Source: an uncultured Oscillospiraceae bacterium
GTDB lineage: Bacteria; Bacillota; Clostridia; Oscillospirales; Oscillospiraceae
Direction: 5' to 3'
DNA: 64,000 nucleotides
NCBI GenBank assembly: GCA_944385535.1
Contig: CALWXR010000004.1
Location: forward strand, 1,140-65,139
Within the stretch, counting starts at the first letter, position 1, and each line of letters opens with the position of its first letter. Positions 18,507 to 27,891 of the stretch are shown here, in pieces. A program made the position numbers and the translations under genes. A model generated the notes under the pieces. It did no database searches. It worked only from the letters and a program-made list of their open reading frames with translations, and was not told the DNA's origin.

Positions 18507-19784
18507 ATGCTGCTGCACTGGATTTGGCTGGCCCATCGGCCGGGGGTAAGCGACTGGATGAAAGTGGGACTTATGCGGCATTTTCAGGATCCGGAGGATG
18601 TATACTATGCAGACGGGGAGGCTTATGACTATGTAGAAGGTCTGAGCAAGGAGGCCAGGGAAGGACTGCGGGATAAGAACCTGTCCAGGGCAGAGAAGAT
18701 TCTTGCCCAGTGCGGGGAGGAAAAGCTTCACCTGCTGACCATCCGGGACGGGGCGTATCCCGCCCGGCTGAAGAACATTGCGGATCCGCCCATCCTGCTG
18801 TACTACAAAGGACGGCTGCCGGATCTGGACGGCTGTCCCACCATTGGGGTGGTTGGCACCCGGCGGGCCTCGGCCTACGGTATGACCGCGGCCAAGCGCA
18901 TGGGTTATCAGATCGGAAAATGCGGCGGCATCGTGGTTTCCGGAATGGCCTTCGGCATCGACGGTCTGGCCATGGCGGGGGCGTTGAGCGCCGGACAGCC
19001 GGTGGTAGGCGTCCTGGGCTGCGGGGCGGATATTGTGTATCCGGCCTCCAACCGGGCGCTGTTTCAGGATGTGGAGGGGCACGGCTGCATTCTCAGCGAA
19101 TTCCCTCCGGGCACTCCGCCTATGAAACACAACTTCCCGAAGCGGAACCGGATCATCAGCGGCTTAAGCTGCGGCGTGCTGGTGGTGGAAGCGCCGGAAA
19201 AAAGCGGCGCCCTGATCACCGCCCATCAGGCGGCGGAGCAGGGAAGGGAGGTGTTTGTGGTACCGGGGAACATTGATGTGCCCAGCTTTGTAGGCAGCAA
19301 CCGGCTGCTCCGGGAGGGTGCGATCGCGGTTTCCTCCGGCTGGGACATTTTAAGCGAATACGCTGGCCAATTCCCGGACAAGATCCATAAGGATGAAACC
19401 CCGTCCAGCCAAACCGCCTATGCCGATGAAGTGCTGCGCCCGTCGGGGGAGGGAGAAGAACCCCTGGCAAAAGTGGCCCAAAAGCCGGATTTTCCCAAGG
19501 GAATGCCGGGCGTTAATAAAGAATTAAACAAAAAAAGCATTGACAAGGAGCCGCACGCGGCTTATATTGACTTCCATAAGCAAATCAATCAAGCAGCCAA
19601 AAAGCCGAAATTGTCCCGGGACGAGGAACGGATCGTGGAAGCTCTGGCCCAGGGACAGCGGCTGGTGGACGATGTGATCGCCGAAACCGGCATGACCACC
19701 GGGAAGATGCTTTCCGTGCTGACCATGCTGGAGCTGAAGGGCGTGATCAAACGGCTGCCTGGGAAACGGATCAGCTTAACGTAA
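18507..19784 (+). CDS. dprA: DNA-protecting protein DprA
   Basis: VVGTRRAS, VSGMAFGIDG, FPKRNRIISGLS, VVEAPEKSGALITA, C-terminal winged helix. Confidence 0.95.
   Translation: MLLHWIWLAHRPGVSDWMKVGLMRHFQDPEDVYYADGEAYDYVEGLSKEAREGLRDKNLSRAEKILAQCGEEKLHLLTIRDGAYPARLKNIADPPILLYYKGRLPDLDGCPTIGVVGTRRASAYGMTAAKRMGYQIGKCGGIVVSGMAFGIDGLAMAGALSAGQPVVGVLGCGADIVYPASNRALFQDVEGHGCILSEFPPGTPPMKHNFPKRNRIISGLSCGVLVVEAPEKSGALITAHQAAEQGREVFVVPGNIDVPSFVGSNRLLREGAIAVSSGWDILSEYAGQFPDKIHKDETPSSQTAYADEVLRPSGEGEEPLAKVAQKPDFPKGMPGVNKELNKKSIDKEPHAAYIDFHKQINQAAKKPKLSRDEERIVEALAQGQRLVDDVIAETGMTTGKMLSVLTMLELKGVIKRLPGKRISLT
19540..19568 (+). promoter_or_regulatory. Internal sigma-A promoter in dprA pointing to topA
   Basis: TTGACA-17 nt-TATATT preceded by an A-rich UP-like tract (19514-19537). 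Confidence 0.65.
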
Positions 19785-19805
19785 TGAAACGGAGAATCGT
19801 ATTTC

Positions 19806-22067
19806 ATGGGTAAAACCAGTAATCTTGTAATCGTGGAGTCGCCTTCCAAGGCAAAAACCATTGGTAAATATTTGGGGTCGGACTATACAGTAAAGGCCAG
19901 CATGGGCCATCTGCGGGATCTGCCCAAAAGCAAAATGGGCGTTGATTTGGAAAACGGCTTCACCCCCCAGTACATTCCTGTCCGGGGGAAGGAAGCCTTG
20001 ATTAAGGAACTGAAAACAGAGGCCGCCAAGGCCCAGACCGTCTATCTTGCCACCGACCCGGACCGGGAGGGAGAGGCCATCTCCTGGCATCTGAAAGAAC
20101 TGCTGAACCTTCCCGATGAGAAGGCTAAGCGGGTCACCTTTAACGAGATCACCCAGAAGGTGGTGAAAGAATCCATTCAGCACCCCCGGGACATTGACTA
20201 CGACCTGGTGAACGCCCAGCAGGCCCGCCGGATCCTGGATCGGATCGTGGGCTATCAGCTATCCCCCTTGCTGTGGAAGAAGGTTCGCCGGGGCCTTTCC
20301 GCCGGCCGTGTCCAAAGCGTTGCCACCCGCATGGTGGTGGATCGGGAGAATGAGATCCGGGCCTTTCAGCCCAAGGAATATTGGTCGCTGGATGTGACGC
20401 TGAACCGGGTGGATAAGCCCGGCTCCTTTGTGGCGCGCTATTGGGGCGAAGAGAAAAAGCGGGAACTGGAAAATGAAGAGCAGACCCAGGCGGTGATCGA
20501 CCACATTACCGGCCGGGAGTTTACCATTACCAATGTGAAGAAGGCGGAAAAGAAGCGCTCTGCCGCCCCTCCCTTTACCACCTCTACCTTACAGCAGGAG
20601 GCGTCCCGGAAGCTGGGCTTCACGCCTAAGAAAACCATGATGATTGCCCAGCAGCTGTATGAAGGTGTGGAGGTTGCCGGAGAAGGCACCACCGGCTTGA
20701 TTACCTATATGCGTACCGACTCCCTGCGTCTTTCCGAAGAGGCCATGGACGCCGCCGCGGCCTTCATCCGCAACCGCTATGGGGAAGATTATTATTATGG
20801 AAAGCACCATGTGTTCAAGACCAAGTCCGGAGCCCAGGATGCCCACGAAGCCATCCGGCCTTCTCATGTGGAGCTGGAGCCGGAGCAGATCAGAAGCAGC
20901 CTGACCACCGACCAGTATAAGCTGTATAAGCTGATCTGGAGCCGCTTTTTGGCAACCCAGATGGCAAACGCGGTATATGACACCGTATCCATTGACGCCA
21001 GCTGTGCCGGGCATGTGTTCCGGGCCAGCCACCAGAGCATGCGCTTCGCCGGTTTTATCTCCGTCTATGAGGAAGGCCGGGATGAGGAAGGGGAGGCTGT
21101 CGGTTCCCCCTTGCCGGATCTGACGATGGGGGAGCAGGCCACTTCTTCCAAAGTGGAAAAAGAGCAGCACTTTACCCAGCCCCCTGCCCGGTATACCGAG
21201 GCCACCCTGGTAAAGGCCATGGAGGAAAAGGGCGTTGGCAGACCTTCTACCTACGCCGCTACCATCGCCACCATTGAGGATCGGGAGTATGTGGTCAAGC
21301 AGGATAAGCGCCTGGCTCCCACTGCCCTGGGGGAGATTGTGACGGGGCTGATGATGGAGCGGTTCAACGACATCATCGACGTGGAATTCACCGCCAATAT
21401 GGAAAACCGCCTGGACGAAGTGGAGGCGGGGAACCAGCGCTGGCAGGAATTGCTGGCGGACTTTTACCAGGGCTTCCACAAGGAGCTTCAGGACGCGGAG
21501 GAAGCCCTGGAGGGGGTACGGCTGAAGGTTCCGGAAGAGGAAACCGACGAGGTCTGCGAGCTTTGCGGCCGGAAAATGGTAATTAAAACCGGCCGGTTCG
21601 GCAAATTCCTGGCCTGCCCCGGCTTCCCGGAGTGCCGCAATACCAAGCCCTTGGTGGAACGGATGCCGGGACGGTGCCCCAAGTGCGGCAGCGGCATGCT
21701 CAAGCGCAAGTCCAAGAAGGGCTATGCCTTCTACGCCTGTGAAAAGGGCGCGGAGTGCGGCTTTATGACCTGGGATGTGCCTACCGCCGAGGATTGCCCG
21801 GAGTGCGGACAGACGCTGTTCAAAAAGTCCGGCAAGGGCCGGATGAAGCCCTTCTGCATCAACGAACATTGCAGCCGCTTCCTTCCTGAGGATCAGCGGG
21901 GCTACTATAAGAAGAAAACCGCCGAAACAGAGACGGCGGAAGCGCCTTCCAAAAAGGAGGCTCCTTCCGAAAAGACCGGGGAAAAAACCACGGCCAAGAA
22001 AACCGCAGCTAAGAAAACCACGGTGAAAAAGACCGCGGTGAAAACCACCAAGAAAAAGGAGGCCTGA
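19806..22067 (+). CDS. topA: DNA topoisomerase I
   Basis: IVESPSKAKTI, ATDPDREGEAI, SAGRVQS, ITYMRTDS (catalytic Tyr), zinc ribbons, Lys-rich tail. Confidence 0.98.
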   Translation: MGKTSNLVIVESPSKAKTIGKYLGSDYTVKASMGHLRDLPKSKMGVDLENGFTPQYIPVRGKEALIKELKTEAAKAQTVYLATDPDREGEAISWHLKELLNLPDEKAKRVTFNEITQKVVKESIQHPRDIDYDLVNAQQARRILDRIVGYQLSPLLWKKVRRGLSAGRVQSVATRMVVDRENEIRAFQPKEYWSLDVTLNRVDKPGSFVARYWGEEKKRELENEEQTQAVIDHITGREFTITNVKKAEKKRSAAPPFTTSTLQQEASRKLGFTPKKTMMIAQQLYEGVEVAGEGTTGLITYMRTDSLRLSEEAMDAAAAFIRNRYGEDYYYGKHHVFKTKSGAQDAHEAIRPSHVELEPEQIRSSLTTDQYKLYKLIWSRFLATQMANAVYDTVSIDASCAGHVFRASHQSMRFAGFISVYEEGRDEEGEAVGSPLPDLTMGEQATSSKVEKEQHFTQPPARYTEATLVKAMEEKGVGRPSTYAATIATIEDREYVVKQDKRLAPTALGEIVTGLMMERFNDIIDVEFTANMENRLDEVEAGNQRWQELLADFYQGFHKELQDAEEALEGVRLKVPEEETDEVCELCGRKMVIKTGRFGKFLACPGFPECRNTKPLVERMPGRCPKCGSGMLKRKSKKGYAFYACEKGAECGFMTWDVPTAEDCPECGQTLFKKSGKGRMKPFCINEHCSRFLPEDQRGYYKKKTAETETAEAPSKKEAPSEKTGEKTTAKKTAAKKTTVKKTAVKTTKKKEA
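21984..22043 (+). repeat. Four degenerate 15-bp tandem repeats encoding the Lys-rich TopA tail
   Basis: AAAACCACGGCCAAG / AAAACCGCAGCTAAG / AAAACCACGGTGAAA / AAGACCGCGGTGAAA. Confidence 0.7.
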
Positions 22068-22069
22068 GC

Positions 22070-23374
22070 ATGGAGGTAAAAGTCATCGGCGCGGGCCTGG
22101 CAGGCTCGGAGGCGGCGTGGCAGCTGGCAAACCGGGGGATTTCCGTGGTGCTTTATGAAATGAAGCCGAAGAAAATGACCCCGGCCCACCACAGCCCGGA
22201 TTTTGCCGAACTGGTATGTTCCAACTCTTTTCGGGGCGACCGGCTTGAAAACGCGGTGGGACTTTTAAAAGAAGAGCTGCGCCGGTGCGGCAGTCTGATC
22301 CTGGAGTGCGCCGAAAAGACCCGGGTAGAGGCCGGCGGCTGTCTGGCAGTGGATCGGGGGGGCTTTTCCCGGATGGTCACGGAAAAAATCCGCAGCCATC
22401 CCAACATTCAGGTGATCGAAGAGGAGGTAACCCGGATTCCCCAGGGGCCGGTGATCATCGCTACCGGGCCGCTTACCTCTGACGCCCTGTCTCAGGCCAT
22501 TGGGGAGTACTTCGGACAGACGGAATACCTTCACTTCTTTGACGCGGCCGCCCCCCTGGTAACGGCGGAGTCCATTGATATGGAACTGGCCTGGTGGCAG
22601 TCCCGATATGACCGGGGCACCCCGGATTATATCAACTGCGCCATGGATAAAGAGCAGTACGAAGCCTTCGTTCGGGAGCTGGCCTCCGCCCAGGAGGCGG
22701 AGGTGCACGGCTTTGAAGATAAAAACGTATTTGAAGGCTGCATGCCCGTGGAGGTCATGGCCCGCCGGGGGATGGATACCCTGCGCTACGGCCCCTTAAA
22801 GCCGGTGGGGCTGATCGATCCCAAAACCGGCCGGGAACCCTACGCCGTTGTTCAGCTTCGTCAGGACAACGCGGCCAAGTCCGTTTACAATTTGGTGGGC
22901 TTCCAGACCCACCTGAAATTCGGGGAACAGAAGCGGGTGTTTTCCATGATCCCCGCCCTGCGGGATGCGGAATTTGTCCGCTATGGGGTCATGCACCGGA
23001 ATACCTTCCTGCAAAGCCCCAAGCTGCTGGACCGGTACTACGCCGACCGGCGGGATCCCATGGTGGCCTTTGCCGGACAGATGACCGGAGTGGAAGGATA
23101 TGTAGAGTCCACCGCCTCCGGATATCTGGCGGCGGTGGCCATGGCGGCAAAAGTGCAGGGTAGACAGCCGCCGGACTTCCCGAAAATTACTGCCATCGGC
23201 GCTTTGGGCGCCTATATCAGCGATGAAAGCATTGGGCATTTTCAGCCTATGAATGTGAATTTCAGCATCATTTCCCCGCTGGAACGGCGTGTTCGGAAAA
23301 AGGCGGAGAAAAATCTGGCCATTGCCAATCGGTCACTGGAGTGGATCGATGCTTTGACGGCCAAAGGCATTTAA
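22070..23374 (+). CDS. trmFO: tRNA U54 methyltransferase TrmFO (Gid)
   Basis: GAGLAGSEAAWQ, ELVCSNS, RYGVMHRN, GQMTGVEGY. Confidence 0.97.
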   Translation: MEVKVIGAGLAGSEAAWQLANRGISVVLYEMKPKKMTPAHHSPDFAELVCSNSFRGDRLENAVGLLKEELRRCGSLILECAEKTRVEAGGCLAVDRGGFSRMVTEKIRSHPNIQVIEEEVTRIPQGPVIIATGPLTSDALSQAIGEYFGQTEYLHFFDAAAPLVTAESIDMELAWWQSRYDRGTPDYINCAMDKEQYEAFVRELASAQEAEVHGFEDKNVFEGCMPVEVMARRGMDTLRYGPLKPVGLIDPKTGREPYAVVQLRQDNAAKSVYNLVGFQTHLKFGEQKRVFSMIPALRDAEFVRYGVMHRNTFLQSPKLLDRYYADRRDPMVAFAGQMTGVEGYVESTASGYLAAVAMAAKVQGRQPPDFPKITAIGALGAYISDESIGHFQPMNVNFSIISPLERRVRKKAEKNLAIANRSLEWIDALTAKGI

Positions 23375-23392
23375 ATGAAAGAGGTGGAACAG

Positions 23393-24430
23393 TTGAAGAT
23401 CATTCTTGACGCCATGGGCGGAGACAATGCCCCGGAGGCTCCCGTACTGGGCGCAGTTGAAGCGGCAAAAACATTTGATGTGGAAATTACCCTGGTGGGC
23501 CGGGGAGAAGAGATTCTGGAGGTTCTGAAAAAACACAATATAGACAATCTCCCGGAAAAGCTGGAGATCGCCCATGCGGAGGATGTGGTGGACATGCACG
23601 ATGATCCTGGCTCCGTCATTCACAAGCGGAAGAATTCCTCCATGGTGATGGGCCTGAAGATGCTGGCGGAGGGCCAGGGGGACGCCTTTGTCTCCGCCGG
23701 TTCCACCGGCGCTCTGCTCACCGGGGCTACCCTGATCGTCAAGCGGGTGAAGGGCATCCGCCGGGCGGCCATGGGGCCTGCCATGCCCAATAAGGCGGGG
23801 GGAAAAACGGTGATTGTGGACTGCGGCGCCAATGCGGAGTGCACCCCGGAATTTTTGCTGCAATTCGGCCTGGTGGGCGCGGTCTACGCCAAAAAGCAGC
23901 TGGGGATAGAAAACCCCAGGGTGGGCCTTCTGAACATCGGCACCGAGGACAGCAAGGGCACCCAGCTGCAAAAGGACGCCTACGCCCTTCTGAAGGATGC
24001 GGATGAGAAGGGGCTGATCCGCTTCGTCGGCAATGTGGAAGGCCGGGACGTGCCCCTTGGGGCGGTAGATGTGGTGGTCTGCGACGGTTTTTCCGGCAAT
24101 GTATTGCTCAAATCCATTGAAGGCACCGCCATGTTCATGGGCAGCCTGATGAAAAAGATGTTCAAGAAGAATCTGCTGAGCAAGCTGGGGTACTTACTGT
24201 GCGCTTCCGGTGTGAAGGATCTGATGAAGATGCTGGACTACCGGGAGATCGGCGGCACCCCCTTCCTGGGGATCAAGAAGCCGGTGATCAAGGCCCACGG
24301 CTCTTCTGATGCTCTGGCCTTCCGGAACGCCATCCGTCAGGCGGCGGACGCTGCCGCTGCCGACATGGCAAAAGATCTGGAGCGGAGCTTGCAGGCATGG
24401 AATCAGGCGAAGGAGAGCGGCAATGATTAA
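23393..24430 (+). CDS. plsX: Phosphate acyltransferase PlsX
   Basis: DAMGGDNAP, SAGSTGA, DCGANAEC, DVVVCDGFSGN, KAHGSS. TTG 23393 follows GAGGTG; ATG 23375 is an alternative start. Confidence 0.96.
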   Translation: MKIILDAMGGDNAPEAPVLGAVEAAKTFDVEITLVGRGEEILEVLKKHNIDNLPEKLEIAHAEDVVDMHDDPGSVIHKRKNSSMVMGLKMLAEGQGDAFVSAGSTGALLTGATLIVKRVKGIRRAAMGPAMPNKAGGKTVIVDCGANAECTPEFLLQFGLVGAVYAKKQLGIENPRVGLLNIGTEDSKGTQLQKDAYALLKDADEKGLIRFVGNVEGRDVPLGAVDVVVCDGFSGNVLLKSIEGTAMFMGSLMKKMFKKNLLSKLGYLLCASGVKDLMKMLDYREIGGTPFLGIKKPVIKAHGSSDALAFRNAIRQAADAAAADMAKDLERSLQAWNQAKESGND

Positions 24431-25109
24431 AGACCTGGAAAACGCCATTGGCTACCGGTTTGAAAACATTCAGCTTCTGCAAAACGCCCTGACCCATTCC
24501 TCCTATGCCAATGAGCGCTGGCACAACAGCTTGCTCAGCAATGAGCGGCTGGAATTCTTAGGAGACAGCGTGCTGGGGATGCTGGTGGCGGAATATCTGT
24601 TTCGTACCTTTCCCCACCGGCCGGAGGGCGAGCTGACCCGGATGCGGGCGGACATGGTATGTGAAAAGACCCTGGCGGCAGCGGCCAACCGCATCGGCCT
24701 GGGCAGCCATCTGCTGCTGGGCCACGGCGAGGAGCAGGGAGGCGGACGGAATCGGGAGTCCATTTTGGCGGACGCCATGGAGTCGATGATCGCCGCCTGC
24801 TTTCTGGACGGCGGCCTGGACGCGGCCCTGGAAGTGGTGCGGCGGTTCATTCTGGTAGAGGTTCCGGTGACCCAAATGCACAACGCCGACTACAAGACCC
24901 AGCTTCAGGAACTGGTGCAGCAGAAGAAAAACCAGGTTCTAAGCTACACCCTGGCAGGCCAGTCCGGCCCGGATCACGATAAGAAGTTTGAGGTGGAGGT
25001 ATCTCTCAACGGCAGCGTGGTAGGCCGGGGGCGGGGAAGCAGCAAGAAGCGGGCGGAGCAGGACGCCGCCCGGGCTGCCATTGCCCAGCTGTTTCCCAAT
25101 AAAGCCTGA
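24423..25109 (+). CDS. rnc: Ribonuclease III
   Basis: ALTHSS, NERLEFLGDSVL, DYKTQLQE, dsRBD GRGSSKKRAEQDAA. ATG 24423 overlaps the plsX end. Confidence 0.97.
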   Translation: MIKDLENAIGYRFENIQLLQNALTHSSYANERWHNSLLSNERLEFLGDSVLGMLVAEYLFRTFPHRPEGELTRMRADMVCEKTLAAAANRIGLGSHLLLGHGEEQGGGRNRESILADAMESMIAACFLDGGLDAALEVVRRFILVEVPVTQMHNADYKTQLQELVQQKKNQVLSYTLAGQSGPDHDKKFEVEVSLNGSVVGRGRGSSKKRAEQDAARAAIAQLFPNKA

Positions 25110-25129
25110 GGGTTTTCAGAGACGGAAGG

Positions 25130-25162
25130 ATTCTCCCGGCGATGCCAGCCGGGAGAATTTTG
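25130..25162 (+). terminator. Intrinsic terminator after rnc
   Basis: ATTCTCCCGGC-gatgcca-GCCGGGAGAAT followed by TTTG. Confidence 0.75.
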
Positions 25163-25182
25163 TTGCCGTTTGCCGGGATTTG

Positions 25183-25211
25183 TTGACAAAACGGGGAAAG
25201 TAGGGTAGAAT
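25183..25211 (+). promoter_or_regulatory. Sigma-A promoter for the phosphotransferase gene
   Basis: TTGACA-17 nt-TAGAAT. Confidence 0.75.
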
Positions 25212-25266
25212 CAAAAGGCTGGCCGGAAGAGCCGGAGCATGAAAGCGAAAGAAAGGAATCTTTCTC

Positions 25267-26358
25267 ATGGATTTATATGAAAAGCTGCTGGAGGTTTCCA
25301 GACTTTTTCGGATCGAATATGATTATTTAGGCTACGAAACCATTCAGATGGGCAACGTAAACCGTACCTATAAAGTGAACTTCATGCTGCCGGAGGGGAA
25401 ACCCAAGTCTTTCCTGGTGCAGAATGTGAATACCTACGCCTTCCGCAACCCGGTAGGTCTGATGGAAAACATTGACAAGGTCACCGAGCACATCCGCCGG
25501 AAGAAGCCGGGACAGACCGCGCTGCATTTTCACCATACCGCCGACCGAAAGACGTATGTGATCGACGGGGAGAATTTCTGGCGGATGACCAATTACGTGC
25601 CTTCCGTTACCTACAATGTGGTGAAGGATCTGGACATTGTCCGCAACGCGGGCATGGCCTTCGGTGAATTCCAGACGGAGCTGATGGACTTTGATATCCA
25701 TGAGCTCATTGAGACCATCCCCGGCTTCCACAACACCCGCAAGCGGTATGAAAGCTTGGGGGAGGCCATCCGGCTGGATCCGGTGGGCCGGGTGGCTCAG
25801 GTGGGGCCGGAGATCCGGTGGCTGATGGAGGTTCAGGATCTGGCCTGTAAGCTGACGGATTTGCAGATGGCCGGGGAGCTTCCCCTGCGGGTAACCCACA
25901 ACGATACCAAGATCAACAATGTGCTTTTCGACCCTCAGACCAATCAGGGCATGGTGGTCATTGACTTGGATACGGTCATGCCCGGCCTCATGGGCCACGA
26001 TTTTGGCGACGCCATCCGCTTCGCAGGCAACTTTGTGGAAGAGGACTGCCCGGATTATGAAAAAGCCGGCGTGGATCTGGAGGTGTTCCGGGCCTTTGCC
26101 CAGGGCTTCCTGTCCCAAACCGCGCAGTCCATGACCCGGAAGGAACTGGATACCCTCTCCCTAAGCTGCTTCGCTCTGACCGCGGAGCTCTGCGTCCGAT
26201 TCCTGGACGACTATATTCGGGGGGATAAGTACTTTAAGATCAATTCTCCCGACCACAACCTGGTGCGTACCCGCTGCCAGATCGCCCTGGCAAAGGATAT
26301 GCTGGAGAAGATGGCGCGGATGGAGCAAATCGTCCGGGAATGCGCCGCTCAGCTATGA
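25267..26358 (+). CDS. APH-fold phosphotransferase, N-acetylhexosamine 1-kinase-like
   Basis: GNVNRTY, RVTHNDTKINNVLFD (HxDxxxxN), VIDLDTVMPG, DFGDAIR. Confidence 0.8.
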   Translation: MDLYEKLLEVSRLFRIEYDYLGYETIQMGNVNRTYKVNFMLPEGKPKSFLVQNVNTYAFRNPVGLMENIDKVTEHIRRKKPGQTALHFHHTADRKTYVIDGENFWRMTNYVPSVTYNVVKDLDIVRNAGMAFGEFQTELMDFDIHELIETIPGFHNTRKRYESLGEAIRLDPVGRVAQVGPEIRWLMEVQDLACKLTDLQMAGELPLRVTHNDTKINNVLFDPQTNQGMVVIDLDTVMPGLMGHDFGDAIRFAGNFVEEDCPDYEKAGVDLEVFRAFAQGFLSQTAQSMTRKELDTLSLSCFALTAELCVRFLDDYIRGDKYFKINSPDHNLVRTRCQIALAKDMLEKMARMEQIVRECAAQL

Positions 26359-26359
26359 C

Positions 26360-26403
26360 AAAATTCAACACGGCGAGGCAACGCTGCCTCGCCGTGATTT
26401 TAT
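26360..26403. terminator. Bidirectional terminator between convergent genes
   Basis: CACGGCGAGGCA-acgc-TGCCTCGCCGTG flanked by AAAAT and ATTTT. Confidence 0.8.
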
Positions 26404-27212
26404 ATCAGCCGCTTTCCCTGCTTGCGGAACTGCTTCGCCTGTTCCACTGTAGGCCAGGTGAAGTAGCGGCCCTTTTCCGTTTCGTTTTTCCGGGGGCTCA
26501 AAGTGCCGTCGGTCACTTGCCGGATGGCTTCCACCATGGCTTCGCCGCCGGCCTGCTTTGTTTTCTTCATCAGCTGGAACATGGTCTTGCAGTCGGAGAT
26601 ATCCACGGCCTTTTGCACACAGATGTCTCCGTCGTCAATGGCCTTGCTCATGTAATGCACCGTGGCGCCGCCTAAGCTTTCGTCGTTATACAGATACCAG
26701 AAGGAGGGCAGGCACCCCCGGTAGTCCGGAAGGAGCGCGCCGTGCACGTTGAGAATGCCGTGCTTGGGAATGCTCAGAAGCTCCTGCTTGATTACCTGGG
26801 GAGCGGAGAAGGAGACGATCAGATCCGGGGCAAGGGCGCGTACATGCTCTATGTAGGTATCGCCGTTTACATTGGGAACCACCCGGAAGTCGCAGCCGAT
26901 CTTCTTGGCGGCGGACTGAATGGAGCAGGTACCGCCGGACAGTCGCAGACCGGACAGATTGTCCAGGACGTTCTGAAGCTTCCTGGCGAAGGAGACCAGA
27001 CCCATCTTGCCGCACTGGAACAGGCCGAACCAGCGGAGCATATCCGACAGCTTATTGTCCAGGGAATGCTTGGAGCGGTTGTCCACCACTTCCACCACAT
27101 TGCACACTTGGGAGACTTTCAGAATATTCGCGGGGATAAAGAAGGCGTCCCGCTGGGTGATGACGATCACATTCAGCTTCTTCGCTTCCTTAACAGAGTT
27201 ATCAGCAGCCAT
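26400..27212 (-). CDS. Formyltransferase (Fmt/GART fold), probable sugar N-formyltransferase
   Basis: ILNVHGALLPDYRG and ATVHYMSKAIDDGDI catalytic motifs. Short, lacking the usual Fmt C-terminal domain. RBS AAAGGAG before ATG 27212. Confidence 0.85.
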   Translation of the reverse strand: MAADNSVKEAKKLNVIVITQRDAFFIPANILKVSQVCNVVEVVDNRSKHSLDNKLSDMLRWFGLFQCGKMGLVSFARKLQNVLDNLSGLRLSGGTCSIQSAAKKIGCDFRVVPNVNGDTYIEHVRALAPDLIVSFSAPQVIKQELLSIPKHGILNVHGALLPDYRGCLPSFWYLYNDESLGGATVHYMSKAIDDGDICVQKAVDISDCKTMFQLMKKTKQAGGEAMVEAIRQVTDGTLSPRKNETEKGRYFTWPTVEQAKQFRKQGKRLI

Positions 27213-27225
27213 GGGCAATTCTCCT

Positions 27226-27891
27226 TTACAGCCCGGCGGCGCCGGTGCGGCTTGCGTATTCCAAAAGCCGGGCGTAGATTTTTTTAGGTTCTTTCCCGAA
27301 AAGACGGGAGAGGATGCACACCACCGTCCACCAGATCATACGAAGATCCACACTGGGACTGATGTGGGATACATACCACAGATCCAGATCCAGCCGTGTG
27401 GGCAGCACATTTTCTTCATAAGCCTGCTCATCGGTAACGGTATCGCCGTAGATATAGTCATACAGGGCAGATGGGCCGGACAAGCCGGGGGTCACACTGG
27501 AAACCTTGGCGTATTTCCCGGCACGGACGATGGCGGTTTGATCCACGCTGGCGGGCCGGGGGCCGATGATGGACATATCCCCCACCAGACAGTTTATAAG
27601 CTGGGGCAGCTCGTCAATTTTGGTATCCCGGATGAACTGGCCAAAGGGAAAGATCCGGTGCTCGTCTCCCCGGAATACAGACTCATTGGCCTTACCCTGA
27701 CGCATGGAGCGGAACTTGAACATACGAAAGGTTTTGTCATCCTTTCCTACCCGGTTCGCCATGTAGAATACCGGGCCGGGATCGGACAGCTGAATCCCCA
27801 CAATGGCGACGAGCCAAAGGGGGGAGGTGATCACGATGCCGAGAAAAGACGCCGCGATGCAGAAGGCACGTTTCACAAGAGGATAAATCAT
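27226..27891 (-). CDS. Small phosphoglycosyl transferase (Bac_transf, PglC/CapM-like initiating transferase)
   Basis: KRAFCI...GPVFY...RVGK...FKFRSM...IRDTKIDELPQLINCLVGDMSIIGPRP...PGLSG...LDLWY. RBS GGAG before ATG 27891. Confidence 0.9.
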   Translation of the reverse strand: MIYPLVKRAFCIAASFLGIVITSPLWLVAIVGIQLSDPGPVFYMANRVGKDDKTFRMFKFRSMRQGKANESVFRGDEHRIFPFGQFIRDTKIDELPQLINCLVGDMSIIGPRPASVDQTAIVRAGKYAKVSSVTPGLSGPSALYDYIYGDTVTDEQAYEENVLPTRLDLDLWYVSHISPSVDLRMIWWTVVCILSRLFGKEPKKIYARLLEYASRTGAAGL

